A stretch of 41,641 nucleotides of DNA from an uncultured Mitsuokella sp. (GCA_963550265.1 CAUVCH010000001.1:1-41641); one strand, 5' to 3'; positions 26,347 through 36,240 are shown, counted from the stretch's first letter. Program-made: numbers and translations. Notes: generated by a model from the sequence alone, not told the origin.

Positions 26347-27810
26347 TTATTCCATGGCCTGCAAGTTGTCGCAGCTTTTTTTCAAACGCGTCAGGGATGC
26401 GCTTTTTCCTAGGAGCGCGAGGATCTCGGTGGCGCCGCCCGGTGTGACGAGTTTCCCGGCGGCAGCGATGCGCAGAACCCACATGGCAAGTCCCTTCTTT
26501 ATCTTGCTTTCTGCGATATAGGCATTTAGGCGTCCGTAGAGCTTTTCGTTCGTCCAGTCGGTGTCACTGACTGGCTCTAGGCACTCGATGAGTTTTGGCA
26601 GAAGCTCTTTTGCCTTTTCCGGCGTCACCTTATTGCGCTTATGCTCATAGAAGCTCGCGTCAAAGGCCGGCTGCTCGATGAGGAAGGATATCTCACCTTC
26701 GATGTCACTTAGACGGCTGATGCGGGTGCGCAGAAGATTTGCTAGTGTCGTCCAGTGCTTTTCAAGATAGTCCGGAAGTTCACCGGCATAGGGACGGGCG
26801 AGCTTTTGAAATGTATCCTCTCCCATCCTTTTGAAGTATTCGCCGTTGATCCAGCCAAGCTTGTCATAATCAAAGACGGCGGGAGATTTGGAAAGGCCTT
26901 CGAGGCTGAAGGCAGCGATGAGATCCTCCATGGTGAAGAGTTCCTGATTTGTCGTCTTCGGGTTCCATCCGAGCAGCGCGACATAGTTCGTGATGGCTTC
27001 CGGCAGATAGCCCATCTTGACGAGGTCTTCAAAGCTCGTCGCGCCATGGCGCTTGGACAGCTTCGAAATGGAGCCGTCTTCGTTTTTGCCCATGACGGGA
27101 GCCAGGTGAATGAAGACCGGCTCTTTCCAGCCAAATGCCTGGTAGAGAAGTGTGTATTTCGGCGTGGAGGTGATGAACTCAGCGCCGCGCATGATGTGCG
27201 TGATGTTCATCAGATGGTCGTCGATGACATTGGCAAAGTTGTAGGTCGGCATGCCGTCGCGCTTCAGGAGAATCTGATCTTCGAGTTCCTCGTTCTTTAT
27301 GGTGATGACACCGTGGAGGACGTCGTGAAAGGTCGTCTCACCATCGAGCGGCATTTTCTGGCGGATGACGTAGGTATCATCGTTTTTTAGGTGCTGATCG
27401 ATCACGTCCCGCGGCAGGTTTCGACAGGTGCGATCGTAGCCGCCGTATTCACCCGCGGTGTGGTCTTCCTTTGGATCGCAGAAGCAGCGGTAAGCCGCGC
27501 CTTTTTCTACGAGATCTTCGGCATATTTTTTGTAAAAATCCATGCGCTCGCTTTGAACGTATGGGCCGCAGTCTCCGCCGTAGCCTGGACCTTCGTCGGG
27601 AACGATGCGGGCGAGCTTAAGCGTGCGCCGGATGAAGTCGACAGCATCGGCGACGTAGCGCGTGCGGTCGGTATCTTCGATGCGCAGGATGAAGTCTCCC
27701 TTCTGTGCTTTGGCGTAGAGATACCCATAGAGGGCGGTGCGGAGATTGCCGATGTGCATATAGCCTGTCGGGCTCGGTGCAAATCGTGTGCGGACGTTGT
27801 TTGTAGACAA
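26347..27810 (-). CDS. gltX: Glutamate--tRNA ligase
   Basis: RTRFAPSPTG, HIGN (HIGH), LRIEDTD and KLSKR (KMSKS). TTG start after AGGAGG. Confidence 0.95.
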   Translation of the reverse strand: MSTNNVRTRFAPSPTGYMHIGNLRTALYGYLYAKAQKGDFILRIEDTDRTRYVADAVDFIRRTLKLARIVPDEGPGYGGDCGPYVQSERMDFYKKYAEDLVEKGAAYRCFCDPKEDHTAGEYGGYDRTCRNLPRDVIDQHLKNDDTYVIRQKMPLDGETTFHDVLHGVITIKNEELEDQILLKRDGMPTYNFANVIDDHLMNITHIMRGAEFITSTPKYTLLYQAFGWKEPVFIHLAPVMGKNEDGSISKLSKRHGATSFEDLVKMGYLPEAITNYVALLGWNPKTTNQELFTMEDLIAAFSLEGLSKSPAVFDYDKLGWINGEYFKRMGEDTFQKLARPYAGELPDYLEKHWTTLANLLRTRISRLSDIEGEISFLIEQPAFDASFYEHKRNKVTPEKAKELLPKLIECLEPVSDTDWTNEKLYGRLNAYIAESKIKKGLAMWVLRIAAAGKLVTPGGATEILALLGKSASLTRLKKSCDNLQAME

Positions 27811-27831
27811 GAGTAGCCTCCTAATGCGATG

Positions 27832-28479
27832 TTAAAATCTCGGATGTGCGATGTGGTTGCCTTTCAGGAATTGGTAAAATGCGCGGTAGAGGACAAGGAT
27901 GCTCATGGCACCGGGATCTTCGTGACCGATGCTGCGCTCGCCGATAAGCTGCGCGCGCCCCTTTCTTGCGACGATGTCCTTCGTGTGCTTTACGCCCTCG
28001 CGGCCTGCGCGAAGACCGTCCTGCAGGACTTCAAAAAGGCGTTTGTTTCGCGCGTTTTCTGGGAGAAAGGCATCGTGGATGGGAATCAGCGCGTCAAGGA
28101 TGGTCTTGTCATTCCTGCCTGCGCGTCCGCGCCGTTTCACGTCTTCGATGGCAGCGGTGAGCAGACGCTCGATGTTTGTGATGGTGAGCGTGGTATCGCT
28201 TTCGCATGCTTCGGCAGCCTTTTTGAATGCAGAACCAAAGAGTGGACCCGCTGCGCCGCCGACGTTCATGATCAATGTTTCTCCGATCGCATCTAAGATC
28301 TTCTTTGGGTCTTTGTCGTCGTCCATCGCTTCAATGGTCTCTTTGACGGCAGTGAATCCGCGCGCCATATTGATGCCGTGATCGCCGTCGCCGATTTCTC
28401 GGTCTAGGTCAGTCAGATAGTCGCGCTGCGAGATGATCGCGTTGCTCACAGCTTCGACTGCATCGGTGATCCTGCTCAT
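27832..28479 (-). CDS. dhaL: Dihydroxyacetone kinase ADP-binding subunit DhaL (Dak2 domain)
   Basis: LTDLDREIGDGDHGINMARGF, GGAAGPLFG, DKTILDAL, ARKGRA and DPGA. Confidence 0.9.
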   Translation of the reverse strand: MSRITDAVEAVSNAIISQRDYLTDLDREIGDGDHGINMARGFTAVKETIEAMDDDKDPKKILDAIGETLIMNVGGAAGPLFGSAFKKAAEACESDTTLTITNIERLLTAAIEDVKRRGRAGRNDKTILDALIPIHDAFLPENARNKRLFEVLQDGLRAGREGVKHTKDIVARKGRAQLIGERSIGHEDPGAMSILVLYRAFYQFLKGNHIAHPRF

Positions 28480-28574
28480 GGGGGTTGCTCCTTTGTTCCT
28501 GCATACGTGGGTTCTTAAAAAATTTTCTGCTTCTCCTGGCGTATGGCAAAGAACGGGGCAGAAAAATATTTTTC

Positions 28575-28602
28575 ATTATAACATGATGACAGGATTTGAC
28601 AA
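28575..28602 (-). promoter_or_regulatory. SigA promoter for dhaL-gltX
   Basis: Minus strand TTGTCA-N16-TATAAT with an extended TG. Confidence 0.6.
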
Positions 28603-28684
28603 GCATTCTTAAAAAGTCAGAAAATACGAGGGAAGGAACAGCTGCCTTTAAGGGATACTTAATGTAGATTTCACCGGCCTTTTC

Positions 28685-28713
28685 TTGACTTTTTTCCATC
28701 TGTAGTATAGACT
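28685..28713 (+). promoter_or_regulatory. SigA promoter for RND pair 2
   Basis: TTGACT-N17-TAGACT. Confidence 0.55.
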
Positions 28714-28800
28714 AATCTTCATCTATTTACCAGAATTCAACGATTTGTTGGGCAGTCGTATTCTCTGCTTGTAAGTATCCTATGGTTAGGAGGTCATCTC

Positions 28801-30018
28801 TTGTTCTATCAAAGCCGAAAGTGGAAGGTTTTGGCGCTTGCATCGCTTCTCGCAGCGGTGTCGGCGGCAATCATGGGTTGCGGCAGCGAGCAGCAGCAAA
28901 AGCAGCAGGCGACACCTGTTAAGGCTGTGTCGGCTATCCAGCAGGATACTCCGCTTAGCAGTGAGTTCGCAGGGCAGATTGTTTCTAAAAATACGGTCAA
29001 TGTGCAGTCGAAGGTCTCCGGCAACATTGTCGAAAAGTTCGTACAGGGCGGTCAGTTCGTCAAGGCGGGGCAGCCGCTTTACCGCATTGATTCGCGCCAG
29101 TATGAGTCGGCCGTGCTTCAGGCGAAGGCGACGCTTGCACAGTCATCGGCGACCTTGAGCAACGCACAGACGGATCTCGGGCGCGACCAGCAGCTTTACG
29201 CATCCAATGCGATCAGCGAACAGAGCGTCACGACGCAGCAGGCAAATGTCAATGCCTATCAGGCGGCGTGCGACGCCAATTCCGCTATTTTGCAGCGTGC
29301 GGAGCAGGACCTTGCCGATACCATGGTTTACGCACCGATGTCGGGACAGCTCGCGGTCAACGATGTCGCGGTCGGCACCTATGCGACGGCGGGCAACACA
29401 AACCTCGTTACAATCGGTTCGTCCAGTCCCGTCTATGCGCAGTTTTCCATTTCAGAAAGCGATTATCTAAAGTTCATGAGTCTCCGCCAAAACCAGACGG
29501 GAAAGGCGGGCAATCTCGCCGTGTCGCTGACGCTCTCGGACGGTTCGCAGTATCCGATCGACGGGCGCATCGTCGAGACTGATCGCGCGCTTGCTGACCA
29601 GACGGGCACGCTGACGATGAAGGCGCTCTTTGACAACCCGAACGGACTGCTCCTTCCGGGAATGTTTGCCCGCGTAAAGCTCATGGGCGAGGTCGTGCCA
29701 AATGCGATTCTCGTACCGCAGCGCGCTGTGCAGCAGCTTCTTGACAAGTCCTTTGTCATGGTCGTGGGTGCGGACGGCAAGAGCGAGGCGCGCACAGTTG
29801 AGCTCGGCGAGAAGGTCGGCAGCTACTATATCATCAAAAACGGCATTTCCGCAGGGGATACCGTCGTCGTCGAGGGGCTTTCGAATCTCCAGGAGGGCAA
29901 GGATCTCGATGTCACGATGGTCACGCCGGAAGAGATGGGCTTCTCGCTCGAGGGCGACGATACGATGTTTGATTCCAATGCGGTTGCTAACTCGGATGCT
30001 CAGCCGGCTTCTGAGTAA
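28801..30018 (+). CDS. RND efflux membrane fusion protein (AcrA-like lipoprotein)
   Basis: Lipobox IMGC, GQFVKAGQPLYRID, FDNPNGLLLPGMFAR and ILVPQRAV. TTG start after AGGAGG. Confidence 0.92.
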   Translation: MFYQSRKWKVLALASLLAAVSAAIMGCGSEQQQKQQATPVKAVSAIQQDTPLSSEFAGQIVSKNTVNVQSKVSGNIVEKFVQGGQFVKAGQPLYRIDSRQYESAVLQAKATLAQSSATLSNAQTDLGRDQQLYASNAISEQSVTTQQANVNAYQAACDANSAILQRAEQDLADTMVYAPMSGQLAVNDVAVGTYATAGNTNLVTIGSSSPVYAQFSISESDYLKFMSLRQNQTGKAGNLAVSLTLSDGSQYPIDGRIVETDRALADQTGTLTMKALFDNPNGLLLPGMFARVKLMGEVVPNAILVPQRAVQQLLDKSFVMVVGADGKSEARTVELGEKVGSYYIIKNGISAGDTVVVEGLSNLQEGKDLDVTMVTPEEMGFSLEGDDTMFDSNAVANSDAQPASE

Positions 30019-30030
30019 GGGGGCTTTGAC

Positions 30031-33000
30031 GTGTCAAAATTCTTTATCCATCGCCCCATCTTTGCGATCGTCATATCGCTGATCATCGTCATTGTCGGCA
30101 TTATCGCAGCTTTTCAGCTGCCGATTGCGCAGTATCCACAGATTTCGCCGCCGACGGTCGGCGTATCAACAGCCTATACGGGTGCGAATGCCTCCGTTGT
30201 CAATGAGACCATCGCACAGATCGTCGAGCAGCAGGTCAACGGCACGCAGGGCATGGATTATATGTCCTCAAACTCGGATGATACGGGTGCCTATCGTCTT
30301 TCGGTTACCTTCAAGATCGGTACGGACGGCGATATGGACGCTGTAAAAGTGCAGAACAACGCCGCGACGGCGAATGCAAGTCTGCCGGCAGATGTGCAGC
30401 AAGTCGGTCTAACGACGCGCAAGGCGTCGAACGATATGGCATACGTCATGGCGATTTATACGCCAAACGGCAATTATGACCGCGCGTTCATGAAGAACTA
30501 CGCGGATATCTACCTCGTGGACAAACTCAAGCGCGTGCCGGGGGTCGGCGATTTGCAGATCTTCGGCTCGGACTATTCGATGCGCGTTTGGCTGAACCCT
30601 GACCGCCTCGCAGAGCTTGGACTCACGGTAGCAGATGTTCAACAGGCAATTAAGGAGCAGAATATTCAGGCGCCTGCCGGCACGATCGGCGCACTACCTG
30701 CAGACAATGGGCAGGAAAAGCAGTACACGGGTCGCGTGCAGGGGCGTTTGGCAACGCCGGAGGAATTCGGTGCAATCATTGTCAAGGCGGCGCCGGACGG
30801 CAATTTTGTTCGCTTAAAGGATGTCGCCCGCATTGAAACGGGTGAGAAATCGAACTCAGTCGTTGCGAAGTACAACGGCTATCCGTCCGTTGCCCTCGCC
30901 ATTCAGCTGACGAGTGACGCAAATGCAATGGAGACTGTCGCCGGTGTCAAAAAGGTCTTTGAGGAAGCTCAGCAGAACCTTCCGCCGGGGCTCAATATGG
31001 GCGAGGTTTTTGACAGTACAAACTTCATCAAGGCCTCCATTCGAGAGGTGGCGGAGACATTCTTCGAAGCACTTGCCCTCGTCGTGCTCGTTATCTTCCT
31101 CTTCCTTCAGAGTTGGCGTGCGACGCTGATCCCGCTGCTCGCCGTGCCGGTGTCGCTCATCGGTACGTTTGCCGCGTTTGTCATCCTCGACTTTTCCATC
31201 AATACACTGACGCTCTTTGCCATGGTTCTCGCCATTGGTCTCGTCGTCGATGATGCGATCGTTGTCATTGAAAATGTCGAGCATCATATGGAAAAGGGAC
31301 TTCGGCCCATCGATGCGACGGAGCGCGCAATGGCGGAGGTGCAGGGACCTGTCGTCGCCATCGCCTTTGTTCTCGCGGCAGTCTTTGTCCCGGTCGCCTT
31401 TCTCGGCGGTATAACGGGCGTTCTTTACAAGCAGTTTGCTCTCACGATCGCGATCTCGATGGCGCTTTCGGCATTTATCGCGCTGACACTGACGCCGGCG
31501 CTCTGCACGCTCATCTTGAAGCCGCATACAGAAAGCGAAAAAGAAGGCGTGCTCGACCGCTTCTTTACAGCGTTTAACAACTGGTTTGACCGCACGAAGG
31601 AGGGCTACGTCGGCATCGTCGCACGCTTTATCCATCATGCGCGCTTTGCTTTCCTCTTCCTCATCATTATCCTGGGCGTGACAGCGCTCGTCTATTTGAA
31701 GCTGCCGTCTACCTTTGTGCCGGATGAGGATCAAGGCTATCTCTTCACAGCGGTGAATCTGCCGGAGGGCACTTCACTCAATCAGACACAGAAGACGGTC
31801 GATCACATTTCTGAAGCGGCCCGACAGCTGCCGGGCGTTCACAGTGTCCTCGGTGTCACGGGTTTTGATGTCCTGTCACACGGTCAGAAGCCCTCCGGTG
31901 CATTGGTGATCCTCGGCATGGACGATTGGTCGCAGCGAGACCCGAGTGCATCGGTTGCCGCAACGGTAGGCAAGATGTTCGGCGTCGGCGCGAAGGTAGC
32001 GCCGGAGGCGATGACCGTTGCACTGAATCCACCACCGCTTCCAGGACTGGGAAGCGTCGGCGGATTCTCTCTTGAGCTTCAGGATATGAGTGGGCATACG
32101 GAGGAGGAGATCGCAGATATCACCACGAAGATTCTTGCAGCAGCAAACCAGCGTCCGGAATTAAGGGGTGTTCGCACGACGTATTCCAATAAGTCGCCGA
32201 TCTATGACTACGAGGTCGATCGCGAGAAGGTCAAACAGCTCGGCGTTCAGCTCTCGGATGTCTTTACCGCACTTCAAGTCAACTTTGGCGGTGCGCAGGT
32301 CAATGACTTCAACCGATTTGGCAGAAGCTACAAAGTCATGCTCCAGTCGGATACGATGTACCGCAGCGATGCGGAGGCGATGAAGTTTGTCTTTGTCAAG
32401 AGTCAAAAGGGCACGATGGTACCGCTCGATACGCTTCTGAAACCTCGACTTTCCACGGCACCAAATCAGATATCACGCTTTAACGGTACGCGCTCAATTC
32501 AGTTCCAGGGCAATGCGGCACCGGGGTATTCTTCCGGTCAGGCAATGAATGCCATCGAAGAAGTTGTCCGTCAGACGGCGCCAAATGGCTTCAATATCGA
32601 CTGGTCGGGACAGAGCCGCGAGGAAAAGGCGGCATCGAGTTCCACGGGGCAGGTTCTCGCGCTTGCGCTCGTCTTTGTCTTCCTCTGCCTTGCTGCTCTT
32701 TATGAGAGCTGGTCCGTGCCGTTTGCCGTTCTCCTCACCGTCCCGACGGGGCTCTTCGGCGCTGTCGTCTCAGAGTTCAGTCTCTCGATGCTTGAAGGCA
32801 TCTTTGGAATTCAGAACCCAGGGCTTCAGGATAGTGTCTACATGCAGATCGGTGTCATCATGATCATCGGTCTTGCTGCAAAGAACGCGATCCTCATCGT
32901 CGAGTTTGCAAAGGTTCGCGTCGACCGCGGCATGGAGCCTGTGAAAGCGGCACTTGAGGCGGCAGGTCTGCGCCTCCGCCCGATTCTCATGACGAGCTTT

Positions 33001-33216
33001 GCGTTCATCATCGGCTGTCTGCCGCTTGCGGTTGCGACAGGGGCAGGCGCTGCAGCGCGAAACGGCATGGGCGTCGCAGTTGTCGGCGGCATGCTCTTTG
33101 CGACGAGCATGGGGATCTTTCTCATCCCGGTCTTCTTTGTCATTACGGAGTGGGTCGCGGTGAAGCTCGATATTCAAAAGCAGGCAAAGCACAAGTCAAC
33201 GGCAGATTATATGTAA
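30031..33216 (+). CDS. HAE1-family RND multidrug efflux permease (AcrB-like)
   Basis: MSKFFIHRPIFAIV, LPIAQYP, GLVVDDAIVVIENV, KNAILIVEFA and RLRPILMTS. Confidence 0.96.
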   Translation: MSKFFIHRPIFAIVISLIIVIVGIIAAFQLPIAQYPQISPPTVGVSTAYTGANASVVNETIAQIVEQQVNGTQGMDYMSSNSDDTGAYRLSVTFKIGTDGDMDAVKVQNNAATANASLPADVQQVGLTTRKASNDMAYVMAIYTPNGNYDRAFMKNYADIYLVDKLKRVPGVGDLQIFGSDYSMRVWLNPDRLAELGLTVADVQQAIKEQNIQAPAGTIGALPADNGQEKQYTGRVQGRLATPEEFGAIIVKAAPDGNFVRLKDVARIETGEKSNSVVAKYNGYPSVALAIQLTSDANAMETVAGVKKVFEEAQQNLPPGLNMGEVFDSTNFIKASIREVAETFFEALALVVLVIFLFLQSWRATLIPLLAVPVSLIGTFAAFVILDFSINTLTLFAMVLAIGLVVDDAIVVIENVEHHMEKGLRPIDATERAMAEVQGPVVAIAFVLAAVFVPVAFLGGITGVLYKQFALTIAISMALSAFIALTLTPALCTLILKPHTESEKEGVLDRFFTAFNNWFDRTKEGYVGIVARFIHHARFAFLFLIIILGVTALVYLKLPSTFVPDEDQGYLFTAVNLPEGTSLNQTQKTVDHISEAARQLPGVHSVLGVTGFDVLSHGQKPSGALVILGMDDWSQRDPSASVAATVGKMFGVGAKVAPEAMTVALNPPPLPGLGSVGGFSLELQDMSGHTEEEIADITTKILAAANQRPELRGVRTTYSNKSPIYDYEVDREKVKQLGVQLSDVFTALQVNFGGAQVNDFNRFGRSYKVMLQSDTMYRSDAEAMKFVFVKSQKGTMVPLDTLLKPRLSTAPNQISRFNGTRSIQFQGNAAPGYSSGQAMNAIEEVVRQTAPNGFNIDWSGQSREEKAASSSTGQVLALALVFVFLCLAALYESWSVPFAVLLTVPTGLFGAVVSEFSLSMLEGIFGIQNPGLQDSVYMQIGVIMIIGLAAKNAILIVEFAKVRVDRGMEPVKAALEAAGLRLRPILMTSFAFIIGCLPLAVATGAGAAARNGMGVAVVGGMLFATSMGIFLIPVFFVITEWVAVKLDIQKQAKHKSTADYM

Positions 33217-33261
33217 CCGATACAGGCGGCAGCGCCGTCCGGCAATGCGCGTTTATATTCT

Positions 33262-33297
33262 GAGGCGTCACGTATTTCGTGGCGTCTTTCGTTTTTC
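33262..33297 (+). terminator. Probable terminator after RND pair 2
   Basis: GAGGCGTCACG-tattt-CGTGGCGTCTT followed by a T-rich tract. Confidence 0.6.
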
Positions 33298-33310
33298 GAA
33301 TCTACGTTAC

Positions 33311-33500
33311 ATGTTACGGACATGCGTGCCCTACGCAAACGCCTCGTTACGCAAGCGGTCGTGCACTTGTACGCTGAACAACCGGCGGACTTCTTAAACG
33401 CGCTGCGCTTGGACGAAAGAAGTCCGCCGGGGCGTACCGTGCACTTTCCCCGCTTGCTTCACTAAGGTTTGCTTAGGGGCACCGTATTCTTCCGTAACAT
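33311..33500. mobile_element. 190-bp imperfect palindrome, MITE/REP-like non-autonomous element
   Basis: Perfect 10-bp termini ATGTTACGGA / TCCGTAACAT. Nested pairs GTGCCC/GGGCAC, GCAAAC/GTTTGC, GCAAGCGG/CCGCTTGC, GTGCAC/GTGCAC, GTACGC/GCGTAC and CCGGCGGACTTCTT/AAGAAGTCCGCCGG. TTAC lies directly on both sides, and a partial copy is at 583-669. Confidence 0.7.
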
Positions 33501-33528
33501 TTACGGCAGAGCTTCGTTTTCCTTGGTC

Positions 33529-33557
33529 TTGAAGAAAGGAAAGAAATGTTCTATAAT
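33529..33557 (+). promoter_or_regulatory. SigA promoter for recA
   Basis: TTGAAG-N17-TATAAT. Confidence 0.65.
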
Positions 33558-33617
33558 AGCAAGACGAAAATAAATGCACGTGCTGCGCTTGGCAGCGTAT
33601 TTTGGAGGTAACGTTTC

Positions 33618-34751
33618 ATGGCAGAAAAGAACAAGCCGATGACGCGCGAGGAGGCGCTCGAGCAGGCGCTCAAGAAGATTGAGAAGGATTTCGGCAAGGG
33701 TTCTATCATGCGCCTTGGCGAGGCGAAGGCGAACATGAACATCGCCGTCATTCCGACCGGTATTCTGCCGCTCGATATCGCGCTCGGCGTCGGCGGGCTT
33801 CCGCGCGGCCGCATCACGGAGCTCTACGGCCCGGAATCCTCCGGCAAGACGACGGTCGCGCTCCATATGATCGCAGAAGCGCAGAAGCAGGGCGGTGTTG
33901 CTGCCTTTATCGACGCAGAGCATGCGCTCGACCCTATTTATGCCGCAAAGCTCGGCGTCAACATCGACGACCTTTTGATCTCACAGCCGGATACCGGTGA
34001 ACAGGCACTCGATATCGTCGACGCTCTTGTCCGTTCGAGTGCCATCGACATTATCGTCGTCGACTCGGTCGCGGCGCTGGTGCCAAAGGCTGAAATCGAG
34101 GGAGAAATGGGTGAAAGCCACGTCGGTCTTCACGCTCGTCTGATGAGTCAGGCCATGCGCAAACTGACGGGCATCATCGGCAAGACGAGGACGGTTGCGA
34201 TCTTCATCAATCAGATCCGTGAGAAGGTCGGCGTCATGTTCGGCAATCCCGAGGTTACGACGGGCGGAAGAGCGCTGAAATTTTATTCATCCGTCCGCAT
34301 CGACGTTCGCAAGAAGGATGTTTTGAAGCAAGGCGACAAGTTGATCGGTAACCACACGCGCGTAAAGATCGTCAAGAACAAGGTCGCGCCGCCGTTCCGC
34401 GTGGCAGAGTTCGATATCATGTATGGCGAAGGGGTTTCGCGCGTCTCTAGTCTCCTCGACATGGCCGTTGAGATGGACATCGTCAATAAGAGCGGTGCTT
34501 GGTTTAGCTATGGCGCGGTTCGCCTCGGCCAGGGCAAGGAGAATGCGAAGCAGACGATCAATGAAACACCGGGCATGGCGGATGAACTCGAGGAGAAGAT
34601 TCGCGCGAAGATCACAGAGGAGGAGGGCACAGGCCCACTCATCGTCGGACAGGACAATGATACTGCGGAGGAGGCAGAAAGCGCTGCGGAGCCGACGGAA
34701 GACGAGCTGATCGATAAGATCATCAAGGATGCCGATGTGGACGAGGCGTAA
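33618..34751 (+). CDS. recA: Recombinase A
   Basis: [57 protein letters not shown] and an acidic tail. Confidence 0.99.
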   Translation: MAEKNKPMTREEALEQALKKIEKDFGKGSIMRLGEAKANMNIAVIPTGILPLDIALGVGGLPRGRITELYGPESSGKTTVALHMIAEAQKQGGVAAFIDAEHALDPIYAAKLGVNIDDLLISQPDTGEQALDIVDALVRSSAIDIIVVDSVAALVPKAEIEGEMGESHVGLHARLMSQAMRKLTGIIGKTRTVAIFINQIREKVGVMFGNPEVTTGGRALKFYSSVRIDVRKKDVLKQGDKLIGNHTRVKIVKNKVAPPFRVAEFDIMYGEGVSRVSSLLDMAVEMDIVNKSGAWFSYGAVRLGQGKENAKQTINETPGMADELEEKIRAKITEEEGTGPLIVGQDNDTAEEAESAAEPTEDELIDKIIKDADVDEA

Positions 34752-35325
34752 GAGACCCTTGACGGAGGACTTAGGTGAAGGAGCAACGTCCGGCGATTGG
34801 ACATTTGTTCCTGGAAAGGGCAGCGGGGTGCAGGGGGCTGCGAAAGCAACTGGAAAGAAATTGCCCGGTGAGAAGAAGACGGCACTCGCTGCGGCGACCG
34901 ACATGCTCGCGCGGCAGGACTACAGCATCCGAAAGCTGGTCGAGAAGCTGCGCCGAAAGGATTACCGCGCAGAGGAGATCGTCGCTGCGCTGCGTCGGCT
35001 GAAGGAACTGCACTATCTCGACGAACGCGGCGCCTGTGAGCGGCAGTTCCATTACCTCTACGAGGAGAGCCGAAAAAGTGTTCGTCAGATCGTCGTCACG
35101 CTTTTGAAACGCGGTTATCCGAAGGAGCTTGTCACATCTTTTATCCCAAAGAATATCTATGAGCGTGAAAAAGCAGCGGCGCTTCGCAGCCTGCACGTCA
35201 AGTACAGGCCGACGCATGACCGGCGAAAGATGATGGCTAATCTCTGTCGAAATGGCTTTGATGCCTCTGCTGTATACGACGCTGTTCGTATTTTCACTGC
35301 GTCCATCGGAGATGAAGAGAAGTAA
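34729..35325 (+). CDS. recX: Regulatory protein RecX
   Basis: Overlaps the end of rec[19 protein letters not shown]...LKELHYLDE...LLKRGY...LCRNGF fit RecX three-helix repeats. The start may be ATG 34735. Confidence 0.85.
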   Translation: MPMWTRRKRPLTEDLGEGATSGDWTFVPGKGSGVQGAAKATGKKLPGEKKTALAAATDMLARQDYSIRKLVEKLRRKDYRAEEIVAALRRLKELHYLDERGACERQFHYLYEESRKSVRQIVVTLLKRGYPKELVTSFIPKNIYEREKAAALRSLHVKYRPTHDRRKMMANLCRNGFDASAVYDAVRIFTASIGDEEK

Positions 35326-35380
35326 AGCTTGGGCGGTGCAGAATATGCGTCTGTAGGGGCTGGGAGAGGAAAGTTCTTTT

Positions 35381-35890
35381 ATGCAGCAGCCTTATGAATC
35401 TTACATGCATCTCGCCTTGGACGAGGCGAAAAAAGCATACGATATGGGGGAGGTTCCAATCGGTGCTGTCATCGTGAATGCCGGCGGCGATGTTGTCGCG
35501 CGCGGACACAACCGAAGGGAGTGCGATCACGATGCGACAGCACATGCCGAGATGATCGCCATCCGCGAGGCGTGTGAGAAACTCGGCCGCTGGCGGCTGA
35601 CGGGCTGCACGCTCTTTGTGACGATCGAGCCCTGCCCGATGTGTGCGGGTGCCGTTGTCATGAGCCGCCTGGATCACGTCATCTACGGCGGAACGGATGC
35701 CAAGGCGGGCGCATGCGAATCCATCTTCAATATTCCGGGGCATCCTGCGCTGAATCATACGCCGGAGATAACGGCAGGCATCCTCGCAGATGAATGCGCT
35801 GCACTGATGAAGGACTTTTTCCGTGCAAGGCGAAAGAAGAAGCGGTCGGAATTTGACAAAGATTTGACGAGGCATTATACTATGCTGTAG
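35381..35890 (+). CDS. tadA: tRNA adenosine(34) deaminase
   Basis: GEVPIGAV, TAHAEM (HxE) and VTIEPCPMCAGA (PCxxC). Confidence 0.93.
   Translation: MQQPYESYMHLALDEAKKAYDMGEVPIGAVIVNAGGDVVARGHNRRECDHDATAHAEMIAIREACEKLGRWRLTGCTLFVTIEPCPMCAGAVVMSRLDHVIYGGTDAKAGACESIFNIPGHPALNHTPEITAGILADECAALMKDFFRARRKKKRSEFDKDLTRHYTML
35853..35881 (+). promoter_or_regulatory. SigA promoter of rnpB, embedded in the 3' end of tadA
   Basis: TTGACA (35853-58)-N17-TATACT (35876-81), 11 nt before the RNase P P1 helix. Confidence 0.75.
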
Positions 35891-35892
35891 TT

Positions 35893-36240
35893 TAAGCAGC
35901 CGAGACGATCGCGGCAGCCTTCTGGCTGATGAGGAAAGTCCGGGCTCCATAGGGCAGTGTGCCGGATAACGTCCGGCGAGGGTGACCTCAGGGACAGTGC
36001 TATAGAAATTTAAACCGCCGCTTGTCGGTAAGGGTGGAAAGGTGCGGTAAGAGCGCACCAGCGGCCGGGTGACCGGTCGGCTTGGGTAAACCCCACACGG
36101 AGCAAGACCAAATAGGAAAGAACTAATGTGGTCCCGCATTTCTTTCGGGTAGTGTCGCTTGAGCCATACGGCAACGTATGTGCCTAGATAAATGATCGTC
36201 ACCGCTTCGGCGGAACAGAACTCGGCTTATTGGCTGCTTA
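35893..36240 (+). ncRNA. rnpB: RNase P RNA (bacterial type A)
   Basis: GAGGAAAGTCCGGGCTCC, AAGGGTGGAAAGGTGCGGTAAGAGCGCACC, GGTAAACCCC, GAGCAAG, CCTAGATAAATGAT and AACAGAACTCGGCTTA. P1 is TAAGCAGCC/GGCTGCTTA. Confidence 0.97.

Noticed and set aside
33540..33551. Possible LexA (Cheo) box AAAG-AAAT-GTTC in the recA promoter spacer
   Set aside because: It has two mismatches to GAAC-N4-GTTC in one half-site. The position is suggestive but the match is too weak to call.
35294..36202. 302-aa minus-strand ORF
   Set aside because: It is antisense to tadA and RNase P RNA with no recognisable motifs, i.e. a shadow ORF.
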